Source: Coniocarpon cinnabarinum | Lineage: Eukaryota | NCBI GenBank assembly: GCA_051942205.1 | Contig: JAVECO010000013.1 | Span: forward strand, 1-64,000 | DNA: 64,000 nucleotides | Reading direction: 5' to 3' | Part shown: piece after piece, positions 10,755 to 23,924 of the stretch | Position numbering within the stretch: position 1 is the first letter of the stretch | How the letters are laid out: each line of letters starts with the position of its first letter | Notes under the pieces: model-generated | What the model saw: only the letters and a program-made list of their open reading frames with translations | Told to the model about the DNA's origin: nothing | Databases searched by the model: none | Translations under genes and position numbers: made by a program

Positions 10755-11936
10755 TCACATCTCTCTCATAATATCATTTACTGTTCTCAATGCAAATCTC
10801 TTCTTTTCCTGCTCTGGCAGATGTGAGCTCATGTCCCTCGCAGCGTACATCTTCGTCATCATCTTCTCCAGCTCCTCAACCTGCTGCTCCTCACCAGCCC
10901 CGCTTTCAAGACCTTTACCGCTGGAGTGGCTCTCCTCTGGTCCATTATCATCCTCTCCTGCCATCGACATCTTCACCTCCAGGAACTCTTGCTCCATTTC
11001 GGCCCTTTCTAGTCGAAATCCTGACGTTTCGTCTTCCAGACCTTCGTCATTGACATTCAAGCGCAAGATCTCCTCATCCAAGTCATCCACATTACTCCAC
11101 TCGTTGGCCTCCAACACCTCCATCAACCGAGCTTGGCCTCTTAGCTCTCCAGCTTCATTTCTGTTCTTACCTTGCTCTAGAGTGACTGACCCGTTGATGA
11201 ATTCGAAGCCAAGATCAAATGCGGTGTCGTCCCATTCCTCGAAAGAATTTATTAATACCGTGTCAATAGACCCATTTTCTGTTGCTGCTTCCCGCAGTAT
11301 ACGATCTGACCTTTTGGCATCTATTGTCGCACTTCCATGAGACGGCATGCACACGCAAAGCAATGCCCCATCCCACACGCCTCCTCCATAAACATTCTCA
11401 ACCGCATGCTTGACTGCGGCCATTAGCGTCTGTGCGTGGGCCCATCCTTCAGCGTCCCTCCGGAAGATAATGAGCCATGCACCGACTGCACGAATGACCT
11501 CCGCGGCATCCTCGGAGAGAAAGTCAGACTCCCATGTTGAAGGGTCACGTGTTTCGTCAAGCCAAATAGGTACGGCAGCCTGGTAGTATGGGGTTTGAAT
11601 GGGCAGTGTGTGACTTAGACCGGCGGTTGATGGAGAAGGGGTATCTGGGGAGGTAGAAGCGATCTCGTTTAAGCCAGCGGTGTTCGGCGATGAAGATGAA
11701 TTGGTAGGTATGTGAGGCGTTGGTGACGTGCCCGTTAAGCCTGTCTAATCAGCGTCGAGAACGGTCAGGTGAATGCGTAGACGCGTCAAAGATCATCCAG
11801 GCAAACTTCACGAAGGAAAAGGGTAATGAGACGGACCTCTCAACAACTGAAGAACGCCAGAGTCTGGCGGCCCAAGGCAGAGAATATGGCGAGGAAATCG
11901 AATTTCTGGGGTTTGATCTGTGCGTTCCTGGGACAT
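10755..11936 (-). CDS. IRC6: Alpha/gamma-adaptin-binding protein p34 (Irc6 homolog)
   Basis: Intron 11836-11741. Motifs HTLPIQTPYYQAAVPIWLDE, GFEFI, RNEAGELRGQARLMEVLEANEW and an acidic C-terminus ending LPEQEKKRFA. Confidence 0.85.
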
Positions 11937-12971
11937 GTTCATAAGGTAGTGGTCCTCGATAGGTTATGAGCGCCAATCTTTGAAATAGATAGGTGCTAGA
12001 GATATAGGTCCCGATATCCAAGATATTGGAGCGTTGCCTAGTGCTCCCTTAAACAGCTAAGATCACCTTGGCTTCCATAAGGAAATTTCGTAGCAGTTAA
12101 TCGATTATTGACACAACAAGATCATAGATCAGAGGTAAGAGGCCGAGCTCGAGGATGATGTCCATTCATAAGTCGGTCGTTTGTGCAACGATTGCATCAA
12201 AAACTCGATGACTTGTTTCGCATATCACGAGTAAACAATATGGTCCGTGCGCTATGGTATTGTTTCAGGTTCTATGCGCTTACAGCAGGAATTAAGTTCA
12301 GTCACTTACGCCATTTGCACAACGGCAGTGATGTGGCAACATTACTCAATTCACAATGCCGTGCAGGCTATGTAATCAGAAACAGTCGCATTGACATTCC
12401 TGGTCGTGAAAGCCTGCACAGGAGTAGCACAAATGAATCTCATGAAGCCTGCACCGAAAAGAAGCACGTCTTCTGATGTATTGGCATCTCGTCATCCTTG
12501 AGTGATACGAGACAAGCCTAAATACGCTCTTTCTGTTGATGACTCTCGGGCTTCATCAATTGCATAGGTTCAACATCTGCCTCGTCGACCAGCATGTTGC
12601 TCCACTGAAGCTATCACGCGCCGAGGTTGCGAAGAGATATTGCTCCTCTCAAAGACACCTTCTCTTCGCGAAAACATTTGGTAGCGGTACTCGACATACG
12701 GTGGAACCTCTTGATTCAGCAACGCTCTTGTTCGCGAGGAGCGACTGCGCATGCATCTAGGGCCTTTGGTCGGTTTCAACGCATTTCAATTGCGCATGAT
12801 GGACGTCAATGCTGCAAGCATCCACAAGCGTATTTCGCATCCTCTTGTCTGCGTAGGTGTCTTAGATTTTGCTTTCCACCGCGTGACTAGGCGTTCTAGA
12901 CCTTGACGCCGTCGCTAAAAGTATGCACAACTAGTTGTACAGCTTCGGGTAATACTGAAATCGCGCTGTTC

Positions 12972-13430
12972 TTATCCCCTTCTGCCTGCTCTTGCCCTGT
13001 TCACCGTTGCTCGTCCCCTTGCCATACCAACACCCCGTCCTCTTATCCCTCTTGATCGAAACATGGGCGCATTGCGCAGCATATCAGGCACGATGAAAAA
13101 TCGCACGTGAGAGCCACGGATGTAGACACGGTCGAGGTGTGACACGCGGCCGTCGCGTGCGGTGACAGTGATGTCGGTCATTTGAACGTTCATGTTGTCT
13201 TCGGCTGAGAATGTCGCGATTAGCTTTGAAAGTTGTCTGTGTGCTTGGTGATCACGTTTTGACCAACCTTCCAGAAGCTTGCCGCGGTAGACTTGGCCAG
13301 AGCTGATTTCAAGCGTGACGGTGTGGCCCTAAGCATGTCAGTATACCTGAGCACAAGGAGTACAGGCGCATGCTGAGCATACCTGCGCTTCGTTGAGCAG
13401 CTTAATGGGAATGCCAATTGTGGATGTCAT
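12972..13430 (-). CDS. SMD3: Small nuclear ribonucleoprotein Sm D3
   Basis: [65 protein letters not shown] with RG tail. Introns 13382-13329 and 13267-13205. Confidence 0.97.
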
Positions 13431-13728
13431 TTTGTACGTTCGCGTACAATGCTCAACAGCCTCTACGATCGACCGCACCTGTTCGTGAAAGCTCGAACTA
13501 TATAGTCGAAGTGAGAATGGCTGGTCATTGGCAGGCAGAGCTCAGTCACGCCTTGAATCGCAATAGGCTTAGATCGAAGCACAGTATATTGCCGGTCACG
13601 TGCTTTTGCTGGATGTGTATAAACCTCGGCAGGGTGGCTCTTCGATACGAAGATTGGTCGGATATCTGCAACTTTCGTACGTTTCTCAATCAGAAGATTG
13701 CTGCACATTAAGATCTCTTGAAGGGCAT

Positions 13729-14401
13729 ATGAATGTGCCCGCCGTCTTGGGCGTGATTAGGGCTCTCCGAAAACCTGAAATCTGCGTCCCGCACTGTGTA
13801 GTTGATACATTTGGAGACATCCCTGTACCTCTAGAAAGGGCCTTCAAGCAACATCAAACCACACCGCCGGATATCAGGGCGATTGTCCTTGACAAGGACA
13901 ATTGCATCGCAATACCTGACCAGAATGTCGTGCACTCGACATGCAAAGTGTGTCTGAATGCGATGATATGTACACGCCAATAGCTGACAGTTCCTGTAGG
14001 AGCGGCTGGGGGACATGATCAACGCATTCTCAAGATCACAGATTCTCATCGTCTCGAACAGCTCCGGCTTGAATGCGAAGGACCATGACGGCTCAAAAGC
14101 AGCAGATCTGGAACGCGCGACCGGATTACCAGTCCTGCGCCACGCTCAGCCAAAGCCCGCTTGTGGGCCAGAGATCCTGAGCCATTTTGGCCGCACTGTC
14201 ACAGATCCACGACAAGTTGTGGTGATAGGGGATCGGCTGTTTACGGATGTCGCGCTGGCGAGCAGTATGGGTTCACGATCCATATGGGTGAGACGAGGAG
14301 TTGTGCCAGACTCCGGCCCCGTCACACGGCTGGAGCATTGGCTGCTGAGCTTTCTGCAGAGACGTGGCGTTGAGGCGCCGAATGAGTGGAAGAGCCCTTG
14401 A
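13729..14401 (+). CDS. GEP4: Mitochondrial phosphatidylglycerophosphate phosphatase (HAD IIIA)
   Basis: IRAIVLDKDNC, IVSNSSG, KPACG and VIGDRLFTDV motifs. Intron 13948-13999. Confidence 0.9.
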
Positions 14402-15376
14402 GTGCGGGGTGACGACACACGTCCACCAGACGGCATGCTTTGCATCCACCAAGGCACCCTGGCTGTCAGTTAACTATCTTTTGGACTACGTTCTGGCCCA
14501 GGCATAGCTTACCTCAGCGGATGACGGAGTATCTGCGGCGGGACATTGCGGGTGATCATCGCCGGAGCAGGTGCCGAGGCGCGAGGGCCCTGTCCTGCTT
14601 GGGCGAATGGCATCGTGCCGTGCCTGGTGGGACGTTGTTAGGTCGCAATATCTTTCTTCAGCATCCTTGATCGATCTCGGCGCGCACCTCTATAGACGTC
14701 GTTGCATGAGAGGCACTTGCTCCACGTCGTTCCGCTAAGTCGGTCTTAACATAAACAACACAGCAGACTCAGGCGGAGCTTTTGGAGTTGCCTGTGAACG
14801 GCTGGGGGCGGTGTTGGATGTTTAGAGAGTGTCGCGTGACGGTATGTCATTTGCTGACGGGCACTTCATTTGGTGGTTGTGGCACTCACTCAGTCGTTGT
14901 TTTGTCCCTTTTGGCGCCCGCGGCGAGTCAGCGGTGCCAAGCCGTGCTTTGCTCAACTATCGCCGTCCGTTCCGTTTGCTTGTTGCCTGACGCTTCACGC
15001 TGCGCTTGATGCCAATTCCGGGGTCACTGCATAAGCAAACTCAGCACCGTTCGCCATTCCCCGTTCCGAGCATGCCGCGCGCTCTCTTCCTCACCGAGCA
15101 CCTGCTTCCGCCCTCGAGAACATCCAGGCCGGCATGATTCCTCTTCCTTCCCACCTTGACCTTTCCCAAGCAACCACGTGTGCATCATCTTTGCTCGCCC
15201 TGGTCGCGTGACCTGCACGTCAAGTTGTAACAATCCGAAGGTAGCGATCCCGAAGCCCCATTAAGTTGGCTTGGTCTTAGGCCCCTCTGCCTGCCTCTGA
15301 GGTCACTCGAATAGGTAACCAAGCTCAGCCCAGGGCACGCCTGAAGAGATTTCAACAATCGGTCAAGAAGAACGAC

Positions 15377-16712
15377 ATGGGACTTGGCGGCTTCATCGAG
15401 CCTGCCGTGGTCATTACCTTGCTCTTCGGAGGTACATGGATCAACAGAAATAAGAACCCAGAGGAGCAGGATCGGTGGACTGAGAAGGACATACACGACC
15501 GTGAAGAAGCATCCCCTTCACGTTTGGAGTCATCACCTCTGGCACAAGACGGTTTGGACAGCCCTCGCTCGCCTAGGATATCTGCTCATTTCGGCCCGGA
15601 CTCAACCTGGCGAAGGAGGGAGGTGAGGGTGCTCTGGTGGAGGCGCAGCATCAGCACGCCAAACACGCAGCCCTTTCGCAACCGTCTGCTGAGTCGCCTG
15701 CTGTTCCGGCTGCCGTTCCTGGCGGAGGTGTGGTACTGGGCGCTGATATACTGGGTACGTGCGGGGTGAATAGACACACTTGAGTGCTGCGCTGACCATC
15801 ACCTAGGTGTACCAACTGGGAAGAGCTTTCAGCGCTGTGACGTTGAGTGAGAGCACAGTCCACGTTGCGAGACACCATGCTTTCCAGGTAATACATTTTG
15901 AAGAGGAGCTGCGAATAGCATGGGAGCTGGAAATTCAAGCTTACTTTCTGAAACACCCAACGCTCATGCTCTGGACGACACGTGCATACTCTTTCATCCA
16001 TATTCCAGGCACAATCCTGTTCCTTGTCTGGCTGTATTATTACACCAACACTCAAAATCGCATTCCGTCAAGGAGCTCCGACGCAGCACATGGGTCTCCG
16101 GCTGGTCCCCTCATATACGAAGCTAGGAGGAGGACAATGGCGCTTTGCAACATTCTCGCATTCGTCATCTTTACCTCGTGGCCATGCATGCCCCCACGTC
16201 TTTTTAGTGATCCCGCCTCGCAAGGCGCGGACACTGCCGAGGCGCAGAAGTACCCGTTCGTGGATACTGTTCACGCAAAGAATGGAGAAGCGAGCGTGTG
16301 GACGGAGAATCGATTCGTCAATCATTACGCCGCCATGCCTTCTCTGCATTTTGGGTACTCATTACTCGTTGGGCTGACGATTGCGACCATTCCGCTCGCT
16401 GCTCGACACAGACGAAGTGTTGCTGTCAGCGTGCCAATCCTCGGCCGTGTGGGGTGTCCGTCCCTGTCACGGATGTTCTGCGTCTTGGTGGGCTTCTCAT
16501 ATTCATTCACCATCCTAACAGCAATCGTAGCGACAGCCAATCACTTCATTCTCGATGCTGTGGCGGGCGCCATGATTTGTGGGATTGCATGGCACGGCAA
16601 CCGGATCCTCTTGAATCTTGTGCCCGTGGAAGACTGTTTTCTGTGGTGCCTGCGCATCCACAAGCCCGAGCGGCGTGTGGTGGAAAAGGGTTTGCTGCAA
16701 GAGGACTACTGA
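15377..16712 (+). CDS. PAP2_3 (Aur1/Ipt1-like) integral membrane phosphotransferase
   Basis: Intron 15755-15806. Motifs WPCMPPRL, NHYAAMPSLHFGYS and IVATANHFILDAVAG. Confidence 0.9.
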
Positions 16713-17684
16713 GGCTGGAAACAGCTGCCGCGTTGCACAAAGACCTACAATGTACATTGCAGAGACGGTAACGACATAGCGCCTTACATATACCTCCCTA
16801 GACTCATGAATGACATGAACAGAGAATGAAGAGAATGGTGCCATGGACGGGGTGTTTGCGACATTCCAGAGTCATGACCACTGCCAAGAGTGTCGCCACA
16901 GAGCCCTGCCCGTGTGCTCGAGGGCTAGAGGTGACAGCCATCATGTGACGGAGCAATGGCAACGCACAGCCTCCAGCAGCCCTCGAGATGTTCCTGGCAC
17001 GTGCGTTCAGACAGAGCAGTATCAGACGTGATTCGTTAGCCGTGGCGACTGTGTAACTTTGAGCGTGCCGGCAGCTAATCCGTGCCCCGTTGCCCGCTTC
17101 TATCTGGGGACGTGCATGACTCTCCCCGTGGAGCGAAGCTGGCCGAGCTATTCTTACTGCTGCTGCTCGATTGCGCATTTTGTTTCTACCCTTATACATC
17201 CTGTTCACCCTTTCGTCCGTGGTTTCGAGGTTTCGCGTCGCCTTGTCGATGAGCGTCGCCTATTTTCGTCTTGGCCTCAATCCGTTTCATCCATCTGTCG
17301 TCTGGAAAACACCGAGGTTGAAACACCGTGCGCTGCGCCACTTTGTTCGCTGACGTAGGGCCCCGACACTGGGCGCTTAGCACACCACCGGCCCAGATCA
17401 GCGGCGTAGGTACCTGAAAGGAGTTGAAGCATACTGCATTCGATCAGCGAACGGCACATCAGTCCAAAAGTTGAAGTATCTTCGCATCTCCCGCTCAAGT
17501 CTTTGCGGTTCCTGCCAGGTATCTCGAATCTGAGCAGTTTGGACAACAGACTGGCCGCGGAAAGAACCAACTAGCAGCCTCGCACGGCGCGCCATCGTCT
17601 TTTCGCTTCACCATTGATGTAGTTTCTGCCGGGTAAACGCTGATTTCTTTACAACCCCACACCGATAGCGCCACACTCAACAGG

Positions 17685-18965
17685 ATGTCTTACCCAGGAG
17701 CTCTTCAGCCAGGCGGTGACGACCGCCAGCAACGCCATTTTTCCTTCCAGATACCCTCCGAACATCCAAATGCGCACGCTCAGCATGCAAATGGACAATT
17801 GCAGACAGCGCAGGTGTCCTCGACCCGACCTCCATCGAGCTTTGAAAGAGCATGGTCCGGATATCCTGAGCAACGCTTTTCATACCAAGATACGCCCATT
17901 GATGACAACACGCAAACATTTGACGACGAGCGACAAGCCGCAGTATTAGAAGAAGCCCGCCAGAGGTATGGCGATGATCTGTCAAACCCGACGCAGCCGC
18001 AGCAAAATTTGCAGCAGCAAGCTCCGCCGCCGCCAATTAATCCACCCGAGTACCCCCCAGAGAAACAGCAAGTGCAGCGCATGCCATCGGCATATCAACT
18101 AGCACCACCCGCAGAACCGCATCCAGCGCATTATGCACCAGTTTCTCAGCCGACACCGCCCGTCCCTGCATCAATGTTGCCAACCCCATCTCAGCAAACT
18201 CTTCCACCTCAAGACTTCTATGCATCACCGCCTCCTCATTCTCCTGGTCCGCTACCGCTCAAAACCCAAGTGGATCCTCACCAGGCTGCGCACCCATCAC
18301 CTCCACCACCACCACCTTCGCAGACCAGTCAGGCACGCTTACATCCAAATCCATCAGACCCTCCTACTTTTTCTTCGCCTGCAACTTTCTCGACTTATAC
18401 GAACAACTTGCCAGATCTCGATGCGCAGCATCGGCCTGGACAGATAACACATCCAAGCATGAAAACCAGCAAGACCGGACGTGGTGGTGTACCACAGCCA
18501 AATCCCAGTACGGCGCATTTTCATCACAGCTTGTGCTCCTGCCCTGGTGCAGATCTATCGACCTGCATGACTGGCCTCTTCTGCCCATGTATTCTCTACT
18601 CTCGACTCACCTACCGACTGGGTCAGCGATCACGTAAGCAAGATCCTACAGACGTCCTCGGCTTTCACAAATGCAATGGCCACTGTATGGCTTTCGCAAC
18701 GCTATGTTCATGTGGAATCTCTGGCTTCCTGGCAGGCATTGCACGTGGGCGGGTGAGGCATGCCTACGATTTGGAAGGCGACGCTGTGTCCGACTGCATC
18801 GAGGGCTGCTGCTGCTGCTGCTGCTGCGCGATCATACAAAGCGAACGGGAGGTGAGGATTCGAGAGGAGCAAAAGTCACGTTGGGCCGGACCGTCAACGG
18901 TCGTGGACTTGGATCCATACAAGCGGACCGATAATATGCGATACCCCGCCACAACGAATTCGTGA
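17685..18965 (+). CDS. PLAC8-family Cys-rich protein with a long Pro/Gln-rich N-terminus
   Basis: FHHSLCSC..TCMTGLFCPCILY..RGRVRHAYDLEGDAVSDC..CCCC AIIQSEREV. Confidence 0.85.
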   Translation: MSYPGALQPGGDDRQQRHFSFQIPSEHPNAHAQHANGQLQTAQVSSTRPPSSFERAWSGYPEQRFSYQDTPIDDNTQTFDDERQAAVLEEARQRYGDDLSNPTQPQQNLQQQAPPPPINPPEYPPEKQQVQRMPSAYQLAPPAEPHPAHYAPVSQPTPPVPASMLPTPSQQTLPPQDFYASPPPHSPGPLPLKTQVDPHQAAHPSPPPPPPSQTSQARLHPNPSDPPTFSSPATFSTYTNNLPDLDAQHRPGQITHPSMKTSKTGRGGVPQPNPSTAHFHHSLCSCPGADLSTCMTGLFCPCILYSRLTYRLGQRSRKQDPTDVLGFHKCNGHCMAFATLCSCGISGFLAGIARGRVRHAYDLEGDAVSDCIEGCCCCCCCAIIQSEREVRIREEQKSRWAGPSTVVDLDPYKRTDNMRYPATTNS

Positions 18966-19765
18966 TGGATGTGAACAATACCCTAAGAAGCTTCGGCTCC
19001 TTTCCTTGCTATCTTATGATGCATAGACGGTCTTTCACGCAGTGATACCATATGGGACGATGGCACAGACTGAGCTCCACATGGCTTTTTCTCGATATAG
19101 ATTTTGTATACCGAAGGAGGTGATAATAGACCTGAATACGGCGACACCAATGACGACTGCAAGCTTTCTACGCGCGATTGTGGGAACGTTTGCATGCTGT
19201 CATCTACGCGAACAGCAGGAAGCCGGGAAGCGGCTGCGTTGATGGCGTATTACCTAATCAAAGTATCATTGACCACCGAAAAGGGTGGGGCTCCGATAAG
19301 ACGCTTTCTCAACGCCCTCGCCGACGGCCTGCCTTATCGCTGTCTTCCATTCTTCCCGGCTGCCCTGTTAACCTTCGAAGATGCATCAACGCTGCAGCTA
19401 CACGTCTACGATCGGGTCGCCCGGTCCAAATCACTTGCTGCCGCCCCGCGACTTCCACAGCACACCTGCCACATGAGCGTACCTCAGCTGACTGACTCTG
19501 CTGGCTACTGCGACAATGCTTGAACGCCTTCACGAGGTGTGAATTCGACTGCACATTATCACGCCCCGTTCACCGGCCTTGCCAAACCATTTAATGCACT
19601 GCCCCGCTTGTTGTATACATCATCTCGACATGCACTTGTAGCATCACGCTGGAAAGAAGTGCCAGAGGTCGGCACGGGCCCACACAGACCTAGAAGGCTA
19701 CGAAGGAGGCTTTGCTCGCCCTGCTGCAACGAATCACACCTCAAGTTACGCAATTTGTCTTTGCA

Positions 19766-21142
19766 ATGCGCAATCCGACACCATGGCTCTTCAACAACAC
19801 CGCCATACAAAGCGCACAGCTTCCTGGTCATTGCACTCCAGTAACTCCATTCCTTGAGACCGTGTCGACTACATTCAATACCTGTCTTCCGACACCACTC
19901 GCATTTGCTTCCACCTTAGTCGGTACTCTGAGCATCTTCTCGTGGCTTTTCGCTCAATTTCCACAAATAGTTCGAAACTATCAAAATCAGTCCGTGGCAG
20001 GCCTGAGCATCTTTTTTCTTACCGAATGGTTACTTGGCGACCTGTCAAACTTGCTCGGCGCACTCCTCACGAATCAGGCGACCTGGCAAGTGATCATCGG
20101 CGCGTACTATTGTTTCGTGGACGTGCTCCTCGTATCGCAATGGATCTGGTATGAGAAACTGAGGCACGGCAAGCCTTTGAAAAGGATATGGTTGCCAAGG
20201 CGAAAGAAGGGAAAGGCGGTGGTGGACGATGCCATCACGCAAAGACGACAAATGGTAGGGGAAATCACAGCACAGCAGCAAGAAGAGCTCGAGGAAGGCG
20301 GACCGGTTACGATCACCAGAAGAGCAAGCGCAGAACCAAGAGACATCCCAACCTCGAAAGCACTGGCCTTGGGCGAGGACATGTTCCGGATTCCAGTCTA
20401 TGGGACCATGTCTCCCTCCACGAGCCTAGCATGCTCGGCCGCAAATCGCACGATCACCAGGATTCAACAAGGACAGAGCATACCTGCCGCATCCCCCCGG
20501 ACCGTGCTACTTGTGACAATGATATTTGCAGTCGTCGCAAGAGCGTCGCCAATGTCAAAGAACACAGTTCATGTTTATGACATTGATGAGACAAGCAGGG
20601 CCTTTGTCGTGGGAGAAGTACTGTCGTGGTGCTCCACTATCCTATACCTCCTTTCCCGGCTACCGCAGCTCATTTTCAACTATCGGCGAAAGTCTACGTC
20701 TGGGCTGAGCCCCACACTCTTCGCAGCAGCGTTCTGTGGGAACCTGTTCTATTCAACATCACTGGCTCTGAACCCTAACGCCTGGTCTTCGTTTGAGCCT
20801 TACGGAGGCCACGGCTGGGCCGACTCGAGTGGTAGCAACCGCCATGAGTGGGTCCTCGCAGCTTTACCATTTTTCTTGGGCGCTGCCGGTGTGCTTGGCC
20901 TGGACGGCGCAGTAGGCGTCCAGTTCTGGCTCTACGGCGAGGGCGCCAATGGACAGGAGCAGGTTGTCGTCGTGCAGGAACGTGCCAGCGCCAAAGAAAA
21001 AGCTATGCGAGTGAGGAAGGTGAGTGGTTGGATGCGAGGCTGGCAACCCAGCGCTACTGGGCGCATCAGTCCTGTTCATGGGAGGCGCCCGACCAGAGAA
21101 GAAGAGTCGGAACCCCTACTTCAACGCAACGACGAGCATTAA
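19766..21142 (+). CDS. PQ-loop vacuolar amino-acid transporter (Ypq-like)
   Basis: Two PQ loops: SWLFAQFPQIVRNY..GLS and YLLSRLPQLIFNYRRKSTSGLS. C-terminal ESEPLL dileucine-type sorting motif. Confidence 0.9.
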   Translation: MRNPTPWLFNNTAIQSAQLPGHCTPVTPFLETVSTTFNTCLPTPLAFASTLVGTLSIFSWLFAQFPQIVRNYQNQSVAGLSIFFLTEWLLGDLSNLLGALLTNQATWQVIIGAYYCFVDVLLVSQWIWYEKLRHGKPLKRIWLPRRKKGKAVVDDAITQRRQMVGEITAQQQEELEEGGPVTITRRASAEPRDIPTSKALALGEDMFRIPVYGTMSPSTSLACSAANRTITRIQQGQSIPAASPRTVLLVTMIFAVVARASPMSKNTVHVYDIDETSRAFVVGEVLSWCSTILYLLSRLPQLIFNYRRKSTSGLSPTLFAAAFCGNLFYSTSLALNPNAWSSFEPYGGHGWADSSGSNRHEWVLAALPFFLGAAGVLGLDGAVGVQFWLYGEGANGQEQVVVVQERASAKEKAMRVRKVSGWMRGWQPSATGRISPVHGRRPTREEESEPLLQRNDEH

Positions 21143-21500
21143 GTACGTTGACGACTATATGAGGCATGACGTACCTGCTTATTCTTGATTATGATGGACG
21201 ATACCTACAATCGAATGCGAAACGGCCGCCTTGTGCCTCCACAAGCCCCTTTGGCTCCCTCTAAAGCTTCAATGTTCATTGACAAAGGTAAGGTTCTCTG
21301 TATGACATCGTGACACAAAGCTCTGCATCAACTTGGAAGGGTTTTGTCCCACAGCACATGATCTGACATCATGCACCCAGTTTAGGCAGTCACGCCTCTA
21401 TCCACTGTCTTGAGTTTCACGTCTTCGCAGGTCAAGATCTCTGTTCCACAGCTGGAGGCAGTCTCTGTCTAGCTATACGTACGCGCATGTTTCTACGAAC

Positions 21501-23735
21501 ATGACTGGCTTTCTTGATCTTCCCTTCGATATCCTCCTTCAGGTTGTCCAACATCTTGGCTCAGCTCAGGACTTCTTGGCGCTGTGTACTACCTGCCGTG
21601 AACTGTATGATGCTGAGGAATTCGTATATGCGCCCTCGTTCTGGAGTAGATTGGCAAGAGAAAAGTTTCGAGTGCCAAACCGGCCTGTCGTGCAGGCGGA
21701 TGGGAGGAGATGGCGCAGTCTATACCGCAGGATGCTCAAGGAGGTAAGTAAAGAGGCTCATGACATCGAATTCTATTGGCAGAGCCGTACCCAAGTGGTT
21801 TAATTACCTCAGAGACGCTGATGTGCGCCACAGACGAAAGTGTATGTCTGGGGCAATAATGATCGGGGCTCACTTGGGAAACCAAGCCGGTCTCATCATC
21901 ATATTGCTGGTCGTAGATTTGGCCCGCATGTCCGTCCTCAAGTAACACCAAATGCCCAAGCAAACACTGGATGGCCTCAGGAGCTCGACCTTCCCAAAGA
22001 CGTGGGTTCGATAGCCGACTTACAATGCGGCGGATGGTGTACTGCTGCTCTCACTTCCAGTGGCAAGATTTTCGTTGTTGGATCTTTATCCGATTCGCCA
22101 CACACTGATGGTAGTATTACATGGGAGTGCGCGCCACCAGCGGGGTACGAGCATGAACATTACCAGCAATTTTCAGTCGGACGTTCACACCTCCTGGCAT
22201 TAGGTGGAGAAGGTCAAGTCTATTGCTGGAGTAAGACTCGGTGAGGATCCCCCTATCTTTTCAAGAATCAACATGACAGTTGTTGGACGGCTCCCCGCTA
22301 ACAAAAACGGTAACGCAGACAAGATGGATTCGAAGTAATCTTCCCTGCTACCCTCACGACGCCATATGCGAGCAAAGTAGTCGCCGGATGGACACATAGC
22401 TCTGCTTTTTTTCCTGGAATAGGGATAGTGGTCTGGAAGTCGTCTCAACTTCAAGAACCGACAGAGGATTCGCAGTCTGCGCCATTGCGAACACTTCCCG
22501 AGAGAGACATTTCCGTCGTTGCTACGACTGCGGAATCGCCTAGATCATCTCCTTCCGCACGGTCAGAAGCCCACCAAAAGGACCCTATATCTACTGGCGC
22601 TGTCGTGAATTGGATCTTGCTTGAGAGCTTTTTGGTGTGGGTGACAGACATTGGCAGAGTGTTTGCTACGCATATCCATGAAGATGGCACTGCGCTCATA
22701 ACCTCACCATTAGAGCTCACAAGCCTCGTCGACCACAATGCGGTGTCTGGAGCTGGAAGTGATATTCTTGATGTGCAAGGAAGTTTCAGAGACTTTGCTT
22801 TACTGAGAGCCAATGGCGAGGTCCTTAGCTCGAACCAAGACATGTTGACGCATCTGTGGTCTATCAGAGTAGAGACAGACTCTCCTACGCAGTGGAGCCC
22901 ACGATTCCGCAAAATCCGAGCACTCCAGCATACCGGGGTGATCCAACTTGCATTCGGCGACTGGCATTTTCATGCTCTTCATAGGGACGGTCATATAACT
23001 TCTTACGGCAAGGAGATGAGCTTCTGCGGATCACTCGGACTCGGAGACACCGGCATCGACATGGTTCGTGGCATCAAGTCCACAGGTTTTGGAGGCGATG
23101 GTGTCTTGTTGGAACAGTGCAATACCAACGGCAGACGAGTGTTCTTCGAAAACCAAATGAAAGAATGGATGGACCATGTGCGCACTGGTGGCAAGGACAA
23201 AGGCGAAGCGGTGTCACGAATGGACGCAGTATTTGCCGATGATGAGCAGCGTGCAGAAGTCAGTGAGTGGTTTGAATGTCGATTGCGCGATTGGGATCGG
23301 GATGTACCAGCATCAGTCGCGAACATTACCAATGATGATGGTTTGGCAGCTTTCTTCGCTTTGAGTGTTGCTGCTGCGGGATGGCATTCAGGAGCTTTGG
23401 TTTTGCAAAACGACAATAAGGCCGCGCAAATACGCAAACGCTACGAGCAAGGGCTACTGGAGCAACCAGAAGGTCAGTCATCGATCTTGTCAGATGGGCA
23501 GTCTTCCCTCGTCGACAAGACCAAGGCTCTCGTGATGGGCCTAGGTCGCTCGTTTCTCGGCTTACCTGAAACTGAACCTTCCGCAGAGACAAGCGCAAAC
23601 GAGCTCGCTCCGCCGTGGCAAAATGAAACGTTTCCGCGTCTGAGATTGAAGAGTGGTCAAGTTATGGAAGGACAAATACCGATCGAAGATTGGTCATGTC
23701 CCGAATGGAAAACGACAGAATATCATGAACCCTAG
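21501..23735 (+). CDS. SAF1: F-box + RCC1-like repeat protein (SCF-associated factor 1 homolog)
   Basis: F-box FLDLPFDILLQV. Introns 21744-21833 and 22241-22318 keep frame. RCC1-type motifs VYVWGNN.RGSLG, LQCGGW, SVGRSHLLAL, LAFGDWHFHAL and AAAGWHSGAL. Confidence 0.85.
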
Positions 23736-23924
23736 CAAATGCATCTCTCCGGAAGCATCTCGTTGACTAGAAAAGGCTCATCATTCCGCCCCAGCCACCT
23801 CGCCTTGTATCCCCGATATATCTGCTAGGGGTTTCCAATTTCTGCCAGAGTTGGCTCCTTAAGAAAAGTTCATGAATGACTGAGGTTGGCGTTTTAAAAA
23901 TGAGTCTTTGCTGTGCGACATCAT

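Noticed and set aside
10597..11340. 247-aa plus-strand ORF and similar long antisense ORFs across the window
   Set aside because: Shadow ORFs opposite well-supported genes.
20771..20780. AACCCTAAC telomere-template-like match
   Set aside because: Lies in frame within the PQ-loop CDS (LNPN) with no supporting structure.
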